Shown: in pieces, positions 44,468 through 62,497 of the stretch
Position numbering within the stretch: position 1 is the stretch's first letter
Layout: each line of letters opens with the position of its first letter
NCBI RefSeq assembly: GCF_009914755.1
Contig: NC_060926.1
DNA length: 64,000 nucleotides
Strand: one strand, 5' to 3'
DNA from: the human T2T-CHM13v2.0 reference genome, Homo sapiens
The notes under the pieces: model-generated
Seen by the model: the letters and a program-made list of their open reading frames with translations, nothing else
Databases searched by the model: none
What the model was told of the DNA's origin: nothing
Program-made: the position numbers and the translations under genes

Positions 44468-45500
44468 TTAGGCTAAGTGAAATAAGCCAGTCACAAAAGG
44501 ACAAATATTTAATGATTCCACTTATATCAGAAACCTAGACTACTCAAAATCACGGAAACAGAAAGTAGAATAGAGGTTACAACCCAAAGTTGATGAGAGG
44601 GGAAAATGAGGAGAGTTGTTGTTCAATGGGTACAGAGTTTCAGTTTTGCAATATAAATAAGTTCTAGAGATCTATTGCACAATGCAAATAGACTTAACAT
44701 TAGTGAACTACACACTTAAAAATGATTAAAGGGGATCAACTGCATTTTTTCAAACCACAATTTAAAGTGTTTTCATAAGTTTACTAAAGATAAACTTTAG
44801 TAATACAAGATTCAAAATACCAAGAAGATATGACCATAAACATTATGAAAGAATGGAAGAAATAGAGAAATAAAAAGTTCCACAATAATAGTTGGAGACT
44901 TCAATATCCAATTTTCAATAAAGAGAATAATCATAAACAAGGAAATAGAGAATCTGAACAACACAATAAGCCAAATAGACCTAGCAGGCATACACAGAAC
45001 ACTCCAACAGCAGCAGAAAACACATTTTTCTCAAGTACATGTGGGACATGTTCCAAGATAGACTGGATGCTAGACCACAAGTCTCAACAGATATTAAAAT
45101 ACAGATAATCATACTAAAATGTTTCTCTACCCACAGCAGGAAGAAGCTGAAAATCAGTACCAGAAGGAAAACTGGACAACGCACAAATATGTAGAAATTA
45201 ACACATTCAAACAGTCAAAGGATCAAAAATGAAATCACAAGGGAAATTAGAAAATATTTACAGATAAAATACAACAAAAAATAGAATGCAGAAAGAACAA
45301 TGTTCAGAGGAAAATTTTATTTATGCATGAAAACTTATGTTTACAAATGTAAATGTGAATTTAAAAAAAAAATCTCAATTCAACAACTAAACTTTACAAC
45401 TTAGGGAAGGAACTACAAGAGAAACAAACCTAAAGCTAGTAGAAGGAAGAAAATGATTAGAGATAAATAAAATAAAGAATATGAAAATAGTACAGAAAGC

Positions 45501-46106
<606 letters not shown>

Positions 46107-47563
46107 GAATGTTAATAGAGAAAACTAACAAAACCAAAGGACGGTTTGTTAAAGAATTTTATAAATGACAACCCTTTAGCTAGACTATGGGGAAAAAAAA
46201 GACAAAGAACTCAAAGCTGCAATGAAAATGAGGGCATTCATACTAAACTTATAGTTCTAAAAAAATTATGAGATATTATAATTGTACACGAGAAAATTGG
46301 ACAACCTGGAAGATTCCTTTCATGATAAAAATTCTCAGAAAACTAAAAGAGAAAAAAAATCAACATGATAAAGGGTACTTATCAAAAACCCACAGGCAAT
46401 ATCATACTCAATGATGAATAACATATTTCCCCCTAAGATCAGAACAAGACAAGGATGCCCATATTTACCACTGCTACTCAACACTGTAATGAACTACTAG
46501 CCAGAGCTACTAGACAAAAATATGAAAGGCATCCAAATGAGAAAGGAAGATGTAAAACTATCTCTAATTGCAAATGACATAATCATATACATATAGAAAA
46601 TCCTAAAGAATCCACAGGAGAACTACTAAGCTGAGAAGCAAATTCACCAAGTTGCAAGGAACAAGATCAAAATGCAAAAATCAGCTATATTTCTATACAC
46701 TAGAAATGAACAATCCGAAAAGAAAATTAAGAAAGTAACACAATTTTCAAAAGCATGTAAAAGAATACTCAGGAACAAATCTAACCAAAGAGGGTAAAGT
46801 TTTGTATTCTGAAAACTACAAAACATTGCTAAAATAAATTAAAAACCTAAATAAAGACAAAGACATTCATGTTAACGGATAGGAAGACTTATTTTGTTAA
46901 GATATTAATACTGCCTCCAAAGTGATCCACAGAGTCAATGCAATATCTATTCTTTTTTACAAAACTGGAAAAGCTGATCTTCAAATTCATACAGAATTGC
47001 AAGGGACTGTAAATAGCCAGAACAGTCTGAAAAAGATGACTTTGAAACTTGCAAAAAGAAAAAAAAGAAAAAACAAAAAGCAACAGTAGTAATTAAATAG
47101 TATGGTACTGACATAAGGACACACATGTAGGCCAGTGGAGAAGAATGCAGATCCCAAAAATAAACCTTCATATGAAAAAGGTCAACTGACTTTCAACCAA
47201 GGTTGCCAAGGCCATTTAATGGGGGAAGGACAGTTTTTTCAACAAATGGTGTTAGGAAAACTGAATATTTACATGTAAAAAGAATAAAGTTTAATCTTTA
47301 CCTTACACCACATGTAACAAATCAAAACACATCAAATACTTAAAAGAAAAATCTTTTTTTAAAAACCCTTAGAAGGAAAAGATAAGGATTGTAATCTTCA
47401 TGACATTGGATTTGAAAATTATTTCTTGGGTATGACGCCAAAAATAGTCAACAACAACAAAGATATGTTAGACTTCATCAAAATTAAAAACTTTTGTGCA
47501 TCAAAGGACACTAGAAGAATGAAAATAAACCATAGATCACACAGCAAAAAATAAAGCATCTGA

Positions 47564-47962
<399 letters not shown>

Positions 47963-48549
47963 TAAAGCACACAAATAATAGCATAAATCAGTAAGGAAAA
48001 ACTGAAAGCTTTTCCTCTAAGATCCAGGAAAGGCAAGGATGCCCCAGTATTACCACTCCTATTCAATTTAATACTGAAATTCCAAGAGAGAAGACTTAAG
48101 GAATAAAAGGACTCCAAATAGAAAACAGGAAAGAAAAATTATCTTTTTACAAATGATCATATATATGTAGAAAAACCTTACAACTCCACAACAACAGAAA
48201 ACTGTTAGAACTAATAAATGAATACAGTAAAGCTGCTGGATCCAAGTTAATATAAAAAAATCAGCAGCATTTCTAAGTACAAGCAGGCTATCTGAAAACG
48301 CAATTAAGAAAACAGTCCCGTTTACCACAGCAACAAAAGTATTTTACAATATGTAGAAATAAACTTAGCCAAAGAAGTAAAAGACTTGTACACTGAAAAT
48401 TATAAAACACTGAAGGAAATTAAAGAAGAAACACATAAATAAAAAGACATTCCATATTCATGCACTGAAGGAAAAATATCATTAAAAGTCCATACCACCC
48501 AAAATCTACAGAGTCAACGCAATCCCTATCAAAATCTCAATGGCAGTCT

Positions 48550-48846
48550 TTTGTTTTGAGACAGGGTCTCATTTTGTCAGCCAAGCTGGAGTACAGTGGC
48601 ACCATCTTGGCTCATTGCAGCCTCGACGTCCTGGGCTCAAGCAATCCTCCACCTCAGCCTCCCAAGTAGCTGGGACTACAGGGACGTACCACCACATCCA
48701 ACTAGTTTTTTGTATTTTTGGTACAGACAGGGTTTCAGCATGTTGCTCAGGCTAGTCTCGAACTTCTGAGCTCAAGCTATCAGAAGTTAGCTCCTTGGCC
48801 TCCCCAAAGTGCTGGGATTAATAGGCGTGTGCCACCACACCCAGCC
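48550..48846 (-). mobile_element. AluJ
   Basis: TSD ctcaatggca. Confidence 0.88.
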
Positions 48847-49011
48847 TCAATGGCATTCCTTACAAAAATAGAAAAAACAGCCCTAAAATTCATACAGAAC
48901 CACAAAAGGCCCCAAATAGCAAAAAACAATCTTGAGTAAGAATAGAGTTGGAAGTATCACACTTTTTAATTCCAAAATACATTACATGACTACAGTAATC
49001 AAAACAATATG

Positions 49012-49311
49012 AGCCAGGTGCAGTGGCTCACACATGTAATCTCAACAATCTGGGAGGCTGAGGAAGGAGGACTGCTTGAGGCCAGGAGTTTGAGATCTGC
49101 CTGGGCAATACAGCAAGACCCAGTCTCTACAAAACAATTTAAAAAAATTAAAAGTTAGCTGGGCATGGTGGCATGCTCTTGTAGTCCTAGCTATTTTGAA
49201 AGGCTGAGGCAGGAAGATCACCTCAGTGCAGGAAGTCGAGGCTGCAATGAGCTGTGACTGAACCACTGCACTCCAACCTGGACAACAGAGCAAGACCCTG
49301 TCCATTAAAAA
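49012..49311 (+). mobile_element. AluJ
   Basis: J-type dimer. Confidence 0.88.
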
Positions 49312-51243
49312 TACATATTATATATGGCACTGGCATAAAAACAGACATATGGACCCATAGAACAAATAAAAACCCCAGAAACAAATCCATGCATCTACAA
49401 TCAACTGATCTTCCAGAAGGATGCCAAGAACATATGATAGGGAAAGGACAGTCTCTTCAACAAAAGGTGATGGGAAAACCTGATATCCACATACAGAATG
49501 AAACTGGATCCTTATCTTATACCACACACAAAAATCAACTCAAAATGGATTAAAAACTTCAAAGTACATTTAAGACCTGAAATTGTAAAACTACTAGAAG
49601 GTGACACAGGTTAAAAAGCTTCTTGACAATGGTCTAGGAAATAATTTTTTTGACAGGAACTATTAGCATAGGCAACATAAGCCAAAATATACAATTGAGA
49701 TTTCATCAAACCAACAAGCTTCTGCACAGCAAAGGAAACAACAGAGTGAAAAAGCAACCTACAAAATGGAATAAAATATTTACAAACCATGTATTGATTA
49801 GGGGTTAATATCCAGAATATTTAAGAAACTCATACAACTCAATAGCAAAAAAATAATAAATAAATAAATAAATAAATAACCCTATGTAGGGCAAAGAAAA
49901 TAGACATTTCTCAAAAAAAGACAAACAAATAGCCAATAGGTATAAAAGCTGCTCAATATCACTAATCATCAGAGAAACGCAAATCAAAAGCATATCTCAC
50001 ACCTACGTTGTAACAACTATTATCAAAAAGACAAAAGATAAATGTTAGCAAGAAATGTGGAGAAATGGGAATCCTTATACACTGTTGGTGGGAATGAAAA
50101 CTGGTACAGTCATTTTTGAAAGCAACATGGACGTTCCTCAAAAAATTAAACAGAACTATCTTATGTTATGATCCACAATCCCACTTTGGATACATATCCA
50201 AAGGAAATGAAATCACTATCTCAGAGATATCTTCACTCTCACATTCACTGCAGTATTATTCCCAAGAGCCAAGATATGGAAAAAAAACTAAACATCTTTC
50301 CACAGATGAATAGACAAAATGTGGTGTACATATACATACACACATAGGGATATTATTCAGCTTTTAAAAAGGAGGAAATCCTTCCATTTTTGACAACATG
50401 ACTGACCCTAGTAAAGATTATGCTAGGTGAAATAAACCAGACAAAGAGAGATAAATGCTGCATAGTCTCACTTACATGATGAATTTAAAGTAGTCAAAGA
50501 AGCGGAGAGTACAGGAGGAGAGAGAAATAAGTTGACATCAGTAAAAGAGTATAAAGTTTAAGTTCTCCAAAATGAGTAAATTCTGGAGATCTCATGTACA
50601 GCAATGTGACTACAGTTAACAATACTGTATTACATACTTGAAAGAAAATGGTAACCATGTGAGGTAATAGATATGTGAATTAGCTTGACTGTAGTGATTA
50701 TTTCACACTATGCACATTAAAACATCAAGTTGTACACCTTAAATACATAATTTTTATATTTGTATAGTATTTCTCAGTATTTGCCTATTATATCTCAATT
50801 TAAAAAGAAAAACAGACTTAGAGAAATTATATGCAAATTATATACCTGATTTTAAAAATTAACATCCAGAATATTTTTTGTAAAACTCAAAAGAAAACCA
50901 AACAAAACCCAATCAAAAATGGGCAAAAGACATGAACAGACATTTCTCCGAAGCAAATATGCAAATAGCCAATGAGCACAGGAAAGCATGTTCAATATAA
51001 TTAATCACCAGGAAAATGCAAATAAAAACCACAATGAGATACAAATTCACACCTACTAGGATAGCTGAATTTTTTTTCAAAATGGAAGTAACAAGTATAG
51101 GCAAGGATGTGGAGAAACCAGAACCCTCTGGTATCACTGGTGAGAATGTAAAATGGTGCAGCTTTTGTGCAAAACAATTTGGTGCCTTCTCAAAAAGTTT
51201 AACACAGAATTACCATGTGATCCAGACATCCTACTCCTAGGTA

Positions 51244-51588
51244 CACGATCTTGTGTGGCTTCAGGATAGGGATACGTTCTGAGAAATGCCCTCTTGTGAA
51301 CATCAGAGCATACTTATACAAAAGATGGTAGAGTCTACTACACACCTAGGCTATATGCTATAGTTTACTGCTCCTGTATAGCATGTTACTGTACTGAATA
51401 CTGTAGGCAACTGTAACTCAACGGTAAATAACACAGAAAAAGTAATTTGTTGCACTATACTAGGACAGTTATCACAATGTCATGAGGTGATACAAATTAT
51501 AATAAGCTCCATTATAATCTTACGGGAACACTGTTGTATATGTATGTGGTGTGTTGTTGACTGAAACATGGTTATACAACACATGACT
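51244..51588 (+). mobile_element. Tigger3 (MER7) short element
   Basis: gggatacgttctgagaaatgc, ctactacacacctaggctatatg, catgactg|TA. Confidence 0.78.
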
Positions 51589-51976
51589 GTATATACAAAA
51601 TAACTGAAAGCAGGAAATGGAACAGATATTTGTAAACCCATGTTCACAGCAGCATTACTCATAATATCCAAAAGGTGGAAACAACCCAAATGTCCACTGA
51701 TGGATGAATAAAATGCAGTATATACATACAGTAGAGTATTAGTCATAAAAGGAATGAAATTTTAATGTTTGCTATGACATAGATTATCACCACTATCTGT
51801 ACGCAAAACATTTTCATCATCACCAATAACAACTTTGTACCTATAAAATAACAACTTTGGAAACATTATGTTAGTAAAGTAAGCCACACAGAGAAGGACA
51901 AATATTATGATTCCACTTATAGAAGGTACCTAGAATAGGCAAACTCATGGAGACAGAAGATGACAGAATGTAAAAC

Positions 51977-52254
51977 AGCTGAGCATGGTGGCTCACACCT
52001 AAAATCCCCGCACTTTGGGAGACCAAGGCAGGTGAATGGCTTGAGCCCAAACATTGGAGACCAGCCTGAGCAATACAAGACACCATCTCTACAAAAAATA
52101 CAAAAATTAGGTAGGCATGCTTTAGTCCCAGCTACTCAGGAGTCTGAGGCCAGAGGGTCACTTGAGCCCAGGAGTTTTGAGGCTGCAGCAGTGAGCTGTA
52201 ATTGTGCTGCTGCATCCAGCCCAAGTGATACAGCAAGACGCTGTCTCCAAAAAA
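51977..52254 (+). mobile_element. AluJ
   Basis: TSD gaatgtaaaacag. Confidence 0.87.
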
Positions 52255-52529
52255 GGAATGTAAAACAGAAGAAACCAGGGGCTGAAAGGACGAAGGAAAT
52301 TAAGAGTTATTATTTTATAGGTACAAAGTTGTTACTGGTAATGATGAAAATGTTTTGCATACAGATAGTGGTGATAGTTACACAACATTATGAATATCTT
52401 ATATCCCATTAACTTGTACACATATAAATGGTGAAAATGGTAAATTTTATGTTATACATATTTTACGACACTATAAAATAAAAGGAAAATACAAGAAAAA
52501 GTACATATATATTAAAAGCCTTCAACCAA

Positions 52530-53247
<718 letters not shown>

Positions 53248-53827
53248 TCAGAACAAAACAGAACACAAAAACCCTCATGGGATCAATGAACACTTTAAAA
53301 AAAGACAAACCACATGAGAGAAAAACCTTGCCAGCAGGAAATGAGGAGAACATTCACTCAAACTCTTCTTTAAGAATAAACAAAAGAGACATTTCAAGTG
53401 TGTACAACTCCAGAATATAACATCCACAAATTTCTCTTCAGGAAAAAAAACCTACTCTGTGAAATCCATAAGAATAAATACAATTAATTCTGGAGTAAGG
53501 AAGAAAGGAATGACAAAAACAGGAGTTGAGGAAAAAGGATTTGTCAGAGTCACATACCTAAATATAGCATAATACTAAACAACTGTGGGAATTACGGTTA
53601 TAGTATATAATCTAAATGTTATAATATTTGATAAAATACAAGTAACAATAAAAACTGGGAGGTGGAAAATGAGAAAGGAGAAAATTGTTGAATTTCATCA
53701 TCCTCTAGAGAAGAAAATCATTACTGTACTTTATAATAAAAAGAACAAATCCACAAAGAAAATTAAAGTTCCCATCAGACACAAAACTTACACATTTCTG
53801 AAAGACTAAAATGACTGGGAACACCTA

Positions 53828-54103
53828 TTTATTTATTTATTTATTTATTTGAGACACAGTCTCACTCTGCTGCCCAGGCTGGGGTACAATGGCGTGATCT
53901 CAGCTTACTACAACCTCTGCCTCAGCCTCCTGAGTAGCTGGGATTACAGGCATGCGCCGCCATGCCTGGCTAATTTTTGTACTTTTAGTAGAGACAGGGT
54001 TTCATCATGTTGGTCAGGCTGGTCTTGAACCGCTGACTTTGTGATCCGCCCACGTTGGCCTCCCAAAGTGCTGGGATTGTAGGCGTGAGCCACCACGCCC
54101 AGA
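53828..54103 (-). mobile_element. AluS with internal deletion and (TTTA)n tail
   Basis: Reverse dimer; ctctgcctcagcc junction. Confidence 0.88.
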
Positions 54104-54633
54104 CAGTGAATACCTTTTTAAAATGTAATAGGTAAAGAAAGTTGTAGCTCAGAGTAAGTTGTAAGAAAGCTATAGAGGAGGTAGGTGAGATGATCTTCCC
54201 AACATAACTGAGAAAGATTCTGGGCTCAGAATAAGAGATTTGATGGACAGAAGGAAGACATGGAGATGGAGACGGGACTTAAATGAAGTTTTCTATAAAG
54301 TATGATTCTTTCTGTCAGCCACCCGTCAGTCAGAAAAACACGAGCAGCCAACATATAGGTAACCCATCCACCAGAGATCTTCCCTGGGGGAGAAAACTAC
54401 ATAAAGTAATTGCATGTAAATACAGATACTGGTACCACTGTACATTCTCTCATTTAGAGTCCTACAACCTGAAATGAAAGCTTGATGAGACAAATGAGAA
54501 AAGTACGAGTAGTTATGCCTCCAATACTATTCCCCGAGAAGTTGCCAGACAAGAGTTCCATTTGAGAGACAGCACTAATAGAAAAATATGTGAAATTCCA
54601 AAGTATATACAACATTTATGTAGTTGTCTCTTA

Positions 54634-54922
<289 letters not shown>

Positions 54923-55182
54923 CAAAGGCATATGAAGAGACCCACAACATAAAAAATCCAGTACAGACAAGAGATATGAATATGTAACAGAGGAAGAAAT
55001 AATCCCTCCTAGTAACAGTTCCTGAAAGGGCGAGAAGGACTAAGATTCAAATTATGAAACGTAACATAGAAAGGGCTATTGCAGTGGCCAGACTGTAACT
55101 CAAGTACAGTTATGACTTCACATGCTAGCAGTATGCGACACTGTCTTATAAGGCAATAATTTAAATATGTTTAGAAGCACGA

Positions 55183-55219
55183 GTGCGCGCGCACACACAC
55201 ACGCGCGCGCACACACACA
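55183..55219. repeat. Mixed (GC)n(AC)n alternating purine-pyrimidine repeat
   Basis: gtgcgcgcgcacacacacacgcgcgcgcacacacaca. Confidence 0.9.
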
Positions 55220-55228
55220 AATGCAATT

Positions 55229-55368
55229 TGCCAGGTGGTGGCTCGTGTCTGTAGTTTCAGCTACTTGAAAGGCTCACTTGAGCCCAGAAGTTCAAGGCTG
55301 CAATGAGCTAATTACACCACTGCGCTCCAGCCTAGGTGAGGGCTGGAGACTCCATCTCAAACAAACAA
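55229..55368 (+). mobile_element. Alu monomer (right-arm/FRAM-like)
   Basis: Single monomer with tail. Confidence 0.75.
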
Positions 55369-55909
55369 GCACACAATGTTAGACATGGGAAGTCAAAGAA
55401 AATACATTGAAAATCTACCACAACCAACCTAAGAATTCAGTGAAGGCTCAAGGCACACAATCATTAGTAATGAAAAATATTTTAATTTTATATATATCTC
55501 TATATCTCCATCACTAAATATAGTAAAAGAAATAGCAACATAATGGAAGAAATATAATTGAAGAAATCACAATTTATAATAGCAATAAAAAACAAATTCC
55601 TTAGATTAAGCATAGCACGAAATAAAAATCTATATACAAATAACTTTGAGACTGTGAATAATGCAAAAGAAAAAAGAAAAAGAGTATCATACTTTGGACA
55701 GGAAGACAGAACTTCAGTTCTCAAATTAATCATCATTAACACAATGAAAATATTTTACCCCAATGCTAAAATTCGTATGAAGAAATAAATAAGACAGAAA
55801 AGTTATAACAATAATGAGGAAGGACTAGTCGTCTCAGGCATTTAAAAATATTACAAAGAGGCAAGTAAAAATAAAGAAAAAAATTAGTATAAACTCGATG
55901 AACATGTCC

Positions 55910-57865
<1,956 letters not shown>

Positions 57866-58034
57866 AAAAAAAAAAAAAAAAAACAGTACATCAGACAAGA
57901 AACATACCAATACAATAATTCAGGATAGAAGGGTAGACTGTATAAATGAGAATAACAGGAAAATGTCTCTTTATTAAACCAGGATGGTTTCATGAAGAAG
58001 CTCCAACTGACTGACTCTGATTTCCTTCCATTCT

Positions 58035-58200
58035 ACCAGTAACATAGTAAGACATGGACTCGGAAGCCAGATTTCAGTCCCAGCTTGTCCATGTCTTGGT
58101 CTCCTTAGCTATAAAACAGGATAATAGAATTTACCTCACAGAGAAGCACTTAGAACATATGATAAGCAAAGCACTCAATAAATGTGAGCTGTTAATATTA
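58035..58200 (+). mobile_element. MIR relic abutting the exon-10 donor
   Basis: ataaaacaggataatagaatttacctcacagag...aagcactcaataaatgtgagctgtt. Confidence 0.65.
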
Positions 58201-58201
58201 C

Positions 58202-58294
58202 CTGTGCTGCAGCCCAAATACAGTCAATATGTTGAGTACTCAGTCGCCCTTCTGCTGCCAAAAAATTCAAAATCACTTGGCACTGTTTGATAAT
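58202..58294 (-). CDS. USP34: USP34 coding exon (~exon 10), 93 nt, IIKQCQVILNFLAAEGRLSTQHIDCIWAAAQ
   Basis: ttttccag|ATT acceptor; CAG|gtaata donor; phase 0. Confidence 0.96.
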
Positions 58295-58378
58295 CTGGAA
58301 AAGAAAAACTTAATATCAATTTTTAAAAATATTCTTCTCTATCAATAGAACAGAGAAGTTATGTAATCATCCACAAAC

Positions 58379-58460
58379 CTCAATATGTAAATTTGGTCCA
58401 AATATATGCTCCACCACATTGTTGCTAATAAGCCAGTCTGCAAGTTCTTTTGCAATGGAC
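58379..58460 (-). CDS. USP34: USP34 coding exon (~exon 9), 82 nt, SIAKELADWLISNNVVEHIFGPNLHIE
   Basis: ttgactttag|GTCC acceptor; GAG|gtttgt donor; 84-nt intron to the next exon. Confidence 0.95.
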
Positions 58461-58954
58461 CTAAAGTCAAGCAATGAAAATAGTACATTAAAAAAAATTG
58501 TCATCTTTTCTCATGTCTAAAAGGTAGAGTCAATTGAAAACCTAAATTTGTTCCTATAGGAATTATAAAGAATTAGATACAATCAGTTTTATAGAATACT
58601 ACAAAGCATAACTAGAATGAAATATGATGCTGAATTTATAAATTCAAATTCCCTGAGTTTATAAACAAGCAACGAATAACTGAAAAGGTAACGATTAACA
58701 CCAAGTACACAAGTGTAACACTGATTTAGTGATGTATTATCCTACTCGAGGTCTTTGCCTTCCCACTTTTTAATTTCCACAGTATGTATTGAAGCACTCA
58801 GGAAAGGTTTCCCAGTATGCCCTTTATAATGAGATAATATCAGGAAAATAGGTTGTCAAAAGGATGAACAACAAAAGAATTATCCCCAAGCCAAACTGTA
58901 AGTCTCCTGGCTGATACTATTGAAGATTCAATAGATGAAAAGTGAAGTAACAGA

Positions 58955-59926
58955 CAGTCATGTACTGCATAATAATGATTTGGTCAATGGCAGACCAAAG
59001 GATGGACCAAATATACAACAGTGGTCCCATAAGATTAAAAGTGACTTGAACAATTCCTATCACCTAATGTCACTGTGGCCACCATGTCATAGAGCAATGC
59101 ATTACTCACAGGTTTGTGGTGATGCTGATGTAAACAAATCTACTGCACTGCCAGTCATATAAAAGTATAGCATGTACATACAGTATATAATACTTAATAA
59201 ATGACTGTTGCTGGTTTATGTATTTATTATACTTTTCATCTTTAAAGGATACTCTTTCTAGTTTTTTTAAAAAAAGGCACAGTCAGCATGGGAGATGACA
59301 GCTCCATGTGTATTATTAAAAAGTTAAAAAAAAAAAAAGGAAAGAAAACAGCTCACAGAATAAGAATATAAAGAAAAAATACTTTTGTACAGCCATACAA
59401 CGTGTTTGTGTTTTAAATGTTATTATAAGAGTCAAAACGTTAAAAAATTTTAAGTTTATAAAAGTAAATAAAAAGTTAGAGTAAGCTAAGGTTAATTTAA
59501 TAGTGAAGAAAAAAATTTTTAAATAATTTGTATAGCCTAAGTGTACAGTGCTTACAAAGTCTACAGTAGTGTAGAGTCACATCCTAGGCCTTCACATCTT
59601 CTCAGCGATCACTCACCAACTCACCCAGAGCAACTTCCAGTCCTGCAAGCTCCATTCTTGGTAAGCGTCCTATACAGGCAATACCCTATTTTATCTTTTT
59701 TGCAGGTTTTTTACATTATTTTTTCTACAGTTAGATATGTTTAGATACACAAATATTTACAAAGTGTTACAAATGCCCACAGAATTAAGTACAGTAAGAT
59801 GCTGTACAGGCTTGGAGTCAAGCAGCAACAGGTTATACCACCTAGGTTTGTGTAACTTTGTACAATGAAGTCACCTCATGATGCATTTCTCAGAATGTAT
59901 CCCTGTCATTAAGTACCATATGACTA
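58955..59926 (-). mobile_element. Tigger3b (MER7B)-like DNA transposon
   Basis: cagtcatg...; ...gcatttctcagaatgtatccctgtcattaagtaccatatgacta end; internal tcacccagagcaacttccagtcctgcaagctccattc. Confidence 0.82.
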
Positions 59927-60328
59927 TATTATAAAATGGGTGGAAGAAAATAAGTTTCAAAATAAATTGTATAATAAAAGGTCCCCAATTTTTTCAACTA
60001 TATTATATACAGATAAACTGGAAAGATTAAGTAATTTACTTTCTTATTGCATATCCAATGAAGAATTTACATTCTATAATAGAATTTTATGCTAACAATT
60101 TTTATTTATTAAAAAAAAACCACTAGGACTTACACATATGGACCTCAAAGGGTAAAACATTAAAAATAAAACTAGGTATATTTTACCTATTTCTGAGTAG
60201 CCCTACTGAAGTTACGATACATAAAATTCAACCCTCTGATTTACATAATAGTTCAAGAAACAAAATTCATTTCTAAAAAAAATTCCACTATTATTTAAGT
60301 CTATTAAAGGACATTAATAGAAGACCCA

Positions 60329-60603
60329 GGCTGGTGCTGTGGTTCACACCTGTAATCCTAGCACTTTGGGAGACTGAGGTCGAGGGGACTGCTTGAGCCT
60401 AGGAGTTCCAGGCCAGGCTGGGCAACGTAATGAAAGCCTGTTTCCGCCAGGCATGGTGGCTCATGCCTGTGGTCTCACTTACTAAGGAGGTTGAGGTGGG
60501 AGGATCATTTGAGTCCAGGTCAGAGCTGTAGTAAGGCATAATCGTGCTGTTGCTGCACTCCAGCTTGGGCAACAGAGCAAGACACTGTCTCAAAAATTTA
60601 AAG
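60329..60603 (+). mobile_element. AluJ lacking the central linker
   Basis: J-type arms fused. Confidence 0.84.
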
Positions 60604-61561
60604 GGGAGACCCAGGGACTTTCGTAATAATGATGCAACTATAAAATTGGACAGTACCATTAATAACCACTATTCGGAGGTCTGAAAACATACATGCAATG
60701 GGGGTCAAAGTGGGAAGAGGTGCCAGAAAAAATATTTCAATACCCCAAACTTCCCAAAGTTGATGAAACACATTCATCTACACAACCAAGAAGTAGAACA
60801 AACTCCAGGATAAACACAAAGAAATCCACATCTACACATATTGTAGTCAAATGATTTAAAGGAGTAAGAGAAAAACAACTAAGCATACACAAGGGAACCA
60901 GAATAAGATTAATAGCTAACTTCTTATCCCAAACAGTAATGGAGCTACGTAGGAGCCATGTTTTTTATCTTATTTTATTAGAGTTAAATCAGTATGAATG
61001 TCAAGAAGTTGAATGCATATTTAACCCATAAAATCGCTAAGAAAATTAAGATATTTTTTAAATCAATGCAATTAAAATGTCACACTAGAATCTATATATA
61101 TATACTATAAAAATAGATAGTAAAGGAGAAATAGAGAAACAAGATATGAGATACACAGAAAACCAACAGCAAAATGAGATGTAAAACAAGCTATATAAAA
61201 TTATTAGTGAATTAAGAACTCTAATCAAGGCAGAGATTATATGACTAGTTTTTTTTTTTAAAGATCCAACTATATGCTACCCCCAAGACATACTTTAGCT
61301 TCAAAACAAGCAGACTGAAAATAAAAGAATGGAAAAAGATAAGCCATGCCAACAATAAGCTTAAGAAAGGTTCAGTGGTTATACCAATAACAAATAAAAT
61401 AGACTAAGCCAAAAAATGTCTGAAAGAGACAAAGGACATTTAAAACGAAAAAAAGGATCAAGTTACCAGGAATACATATGGACCTAACAAAAGAATTCCT
61501 GAAATACATGAAGCAAAAACTGATGACAGAATTAAAAGGAGAAACACACAATTCAACAATA

Positions 61562-62478
61562 CAGCTGATTCTTGTTACTCGCATTAGTTATATTCTACAG
61601 AGTCACTGCAAACACTGAATTAGCTAATACTGAACCCTTGGCCCTACAGGAAATATGTACATAATATAGATATCATACACAGATCTTGAATCTGAAAAAC
61701 CTCTCATACTGGTTGACTCTATTTTCTCTATTTTACAAAAGAGAAAATGGCGTGGCCAAGTACGGTGGCTCACACCTGTAATCCCAGCACTTTGGGAGGC
61801 CAAGACGGGTGGACTGCTTGAGGTCAGGAGCTTAAGACCAGCCCGACCAACATGGTGAAACCCTGTCTCTAATGAAAAATACAAAAATTAGCCAGGCGTG
61901 GTGGCAGGTGCCTATAATCCCAGTTACTCAGGAGGCTGAGGCAGCACAATCGCTTGAAGCCAGGAGACAGAGGTTGCAGTGAGCCGAGATCGTGCCATTG
62001 CACTTCAGCCTGGGCAATAGAGCGAGACTCCATCTCAGGGAAAAAAAAAAAAAAAAAAACAGAGAAAATGAGGTTCAGAAGTGTTTAGATGCCTTGCCTG
62101 AGGCCAACCCTTATGCCTAAACAAGCGTTAGGGTTGGGATTCAAACCGCATCCAAGTGGCGCCAGGACTTCTTACACTCCACCACACTGCCCCTCAGCAC
62201 CTCCATCTCCATATTCCATATTTGTGAAGAAAAATATTTTTTCTTCTCTTCCATGGTTTCTATATTTGTTAACTCATCCATTTGCTGCATTTTATTTGTA
62301 ACTCCAAAATCAGTACTTGTGGCATTTTCATAGGCACTCACAGACATGCACATAGCAGTGAAAGATTAGAATTTTCCAATATGCACATTCCCACCTAAAG
62401 TCAAACAAGGTGGCACTCTCATCTTGCTTCAGAGCTCATACAGAGATGACCAAATCTGCACACACTCAGGATCAAATG
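61562..62478 (+). mobile_element. MER82-related TcMar element with MIR-like interior, an Alu insertion (61754-62059) and an internal inversion
   Basis: TA|cagctgattcttgttactcgc...actgaattagctaatactgaacc; ends aggatcaaatg|TA; the host L1 resumes tctggagacttcaatac. Confidence 0.72.
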
Positions 62479-62497
62479 TATCTGGAGACTTCAATAC

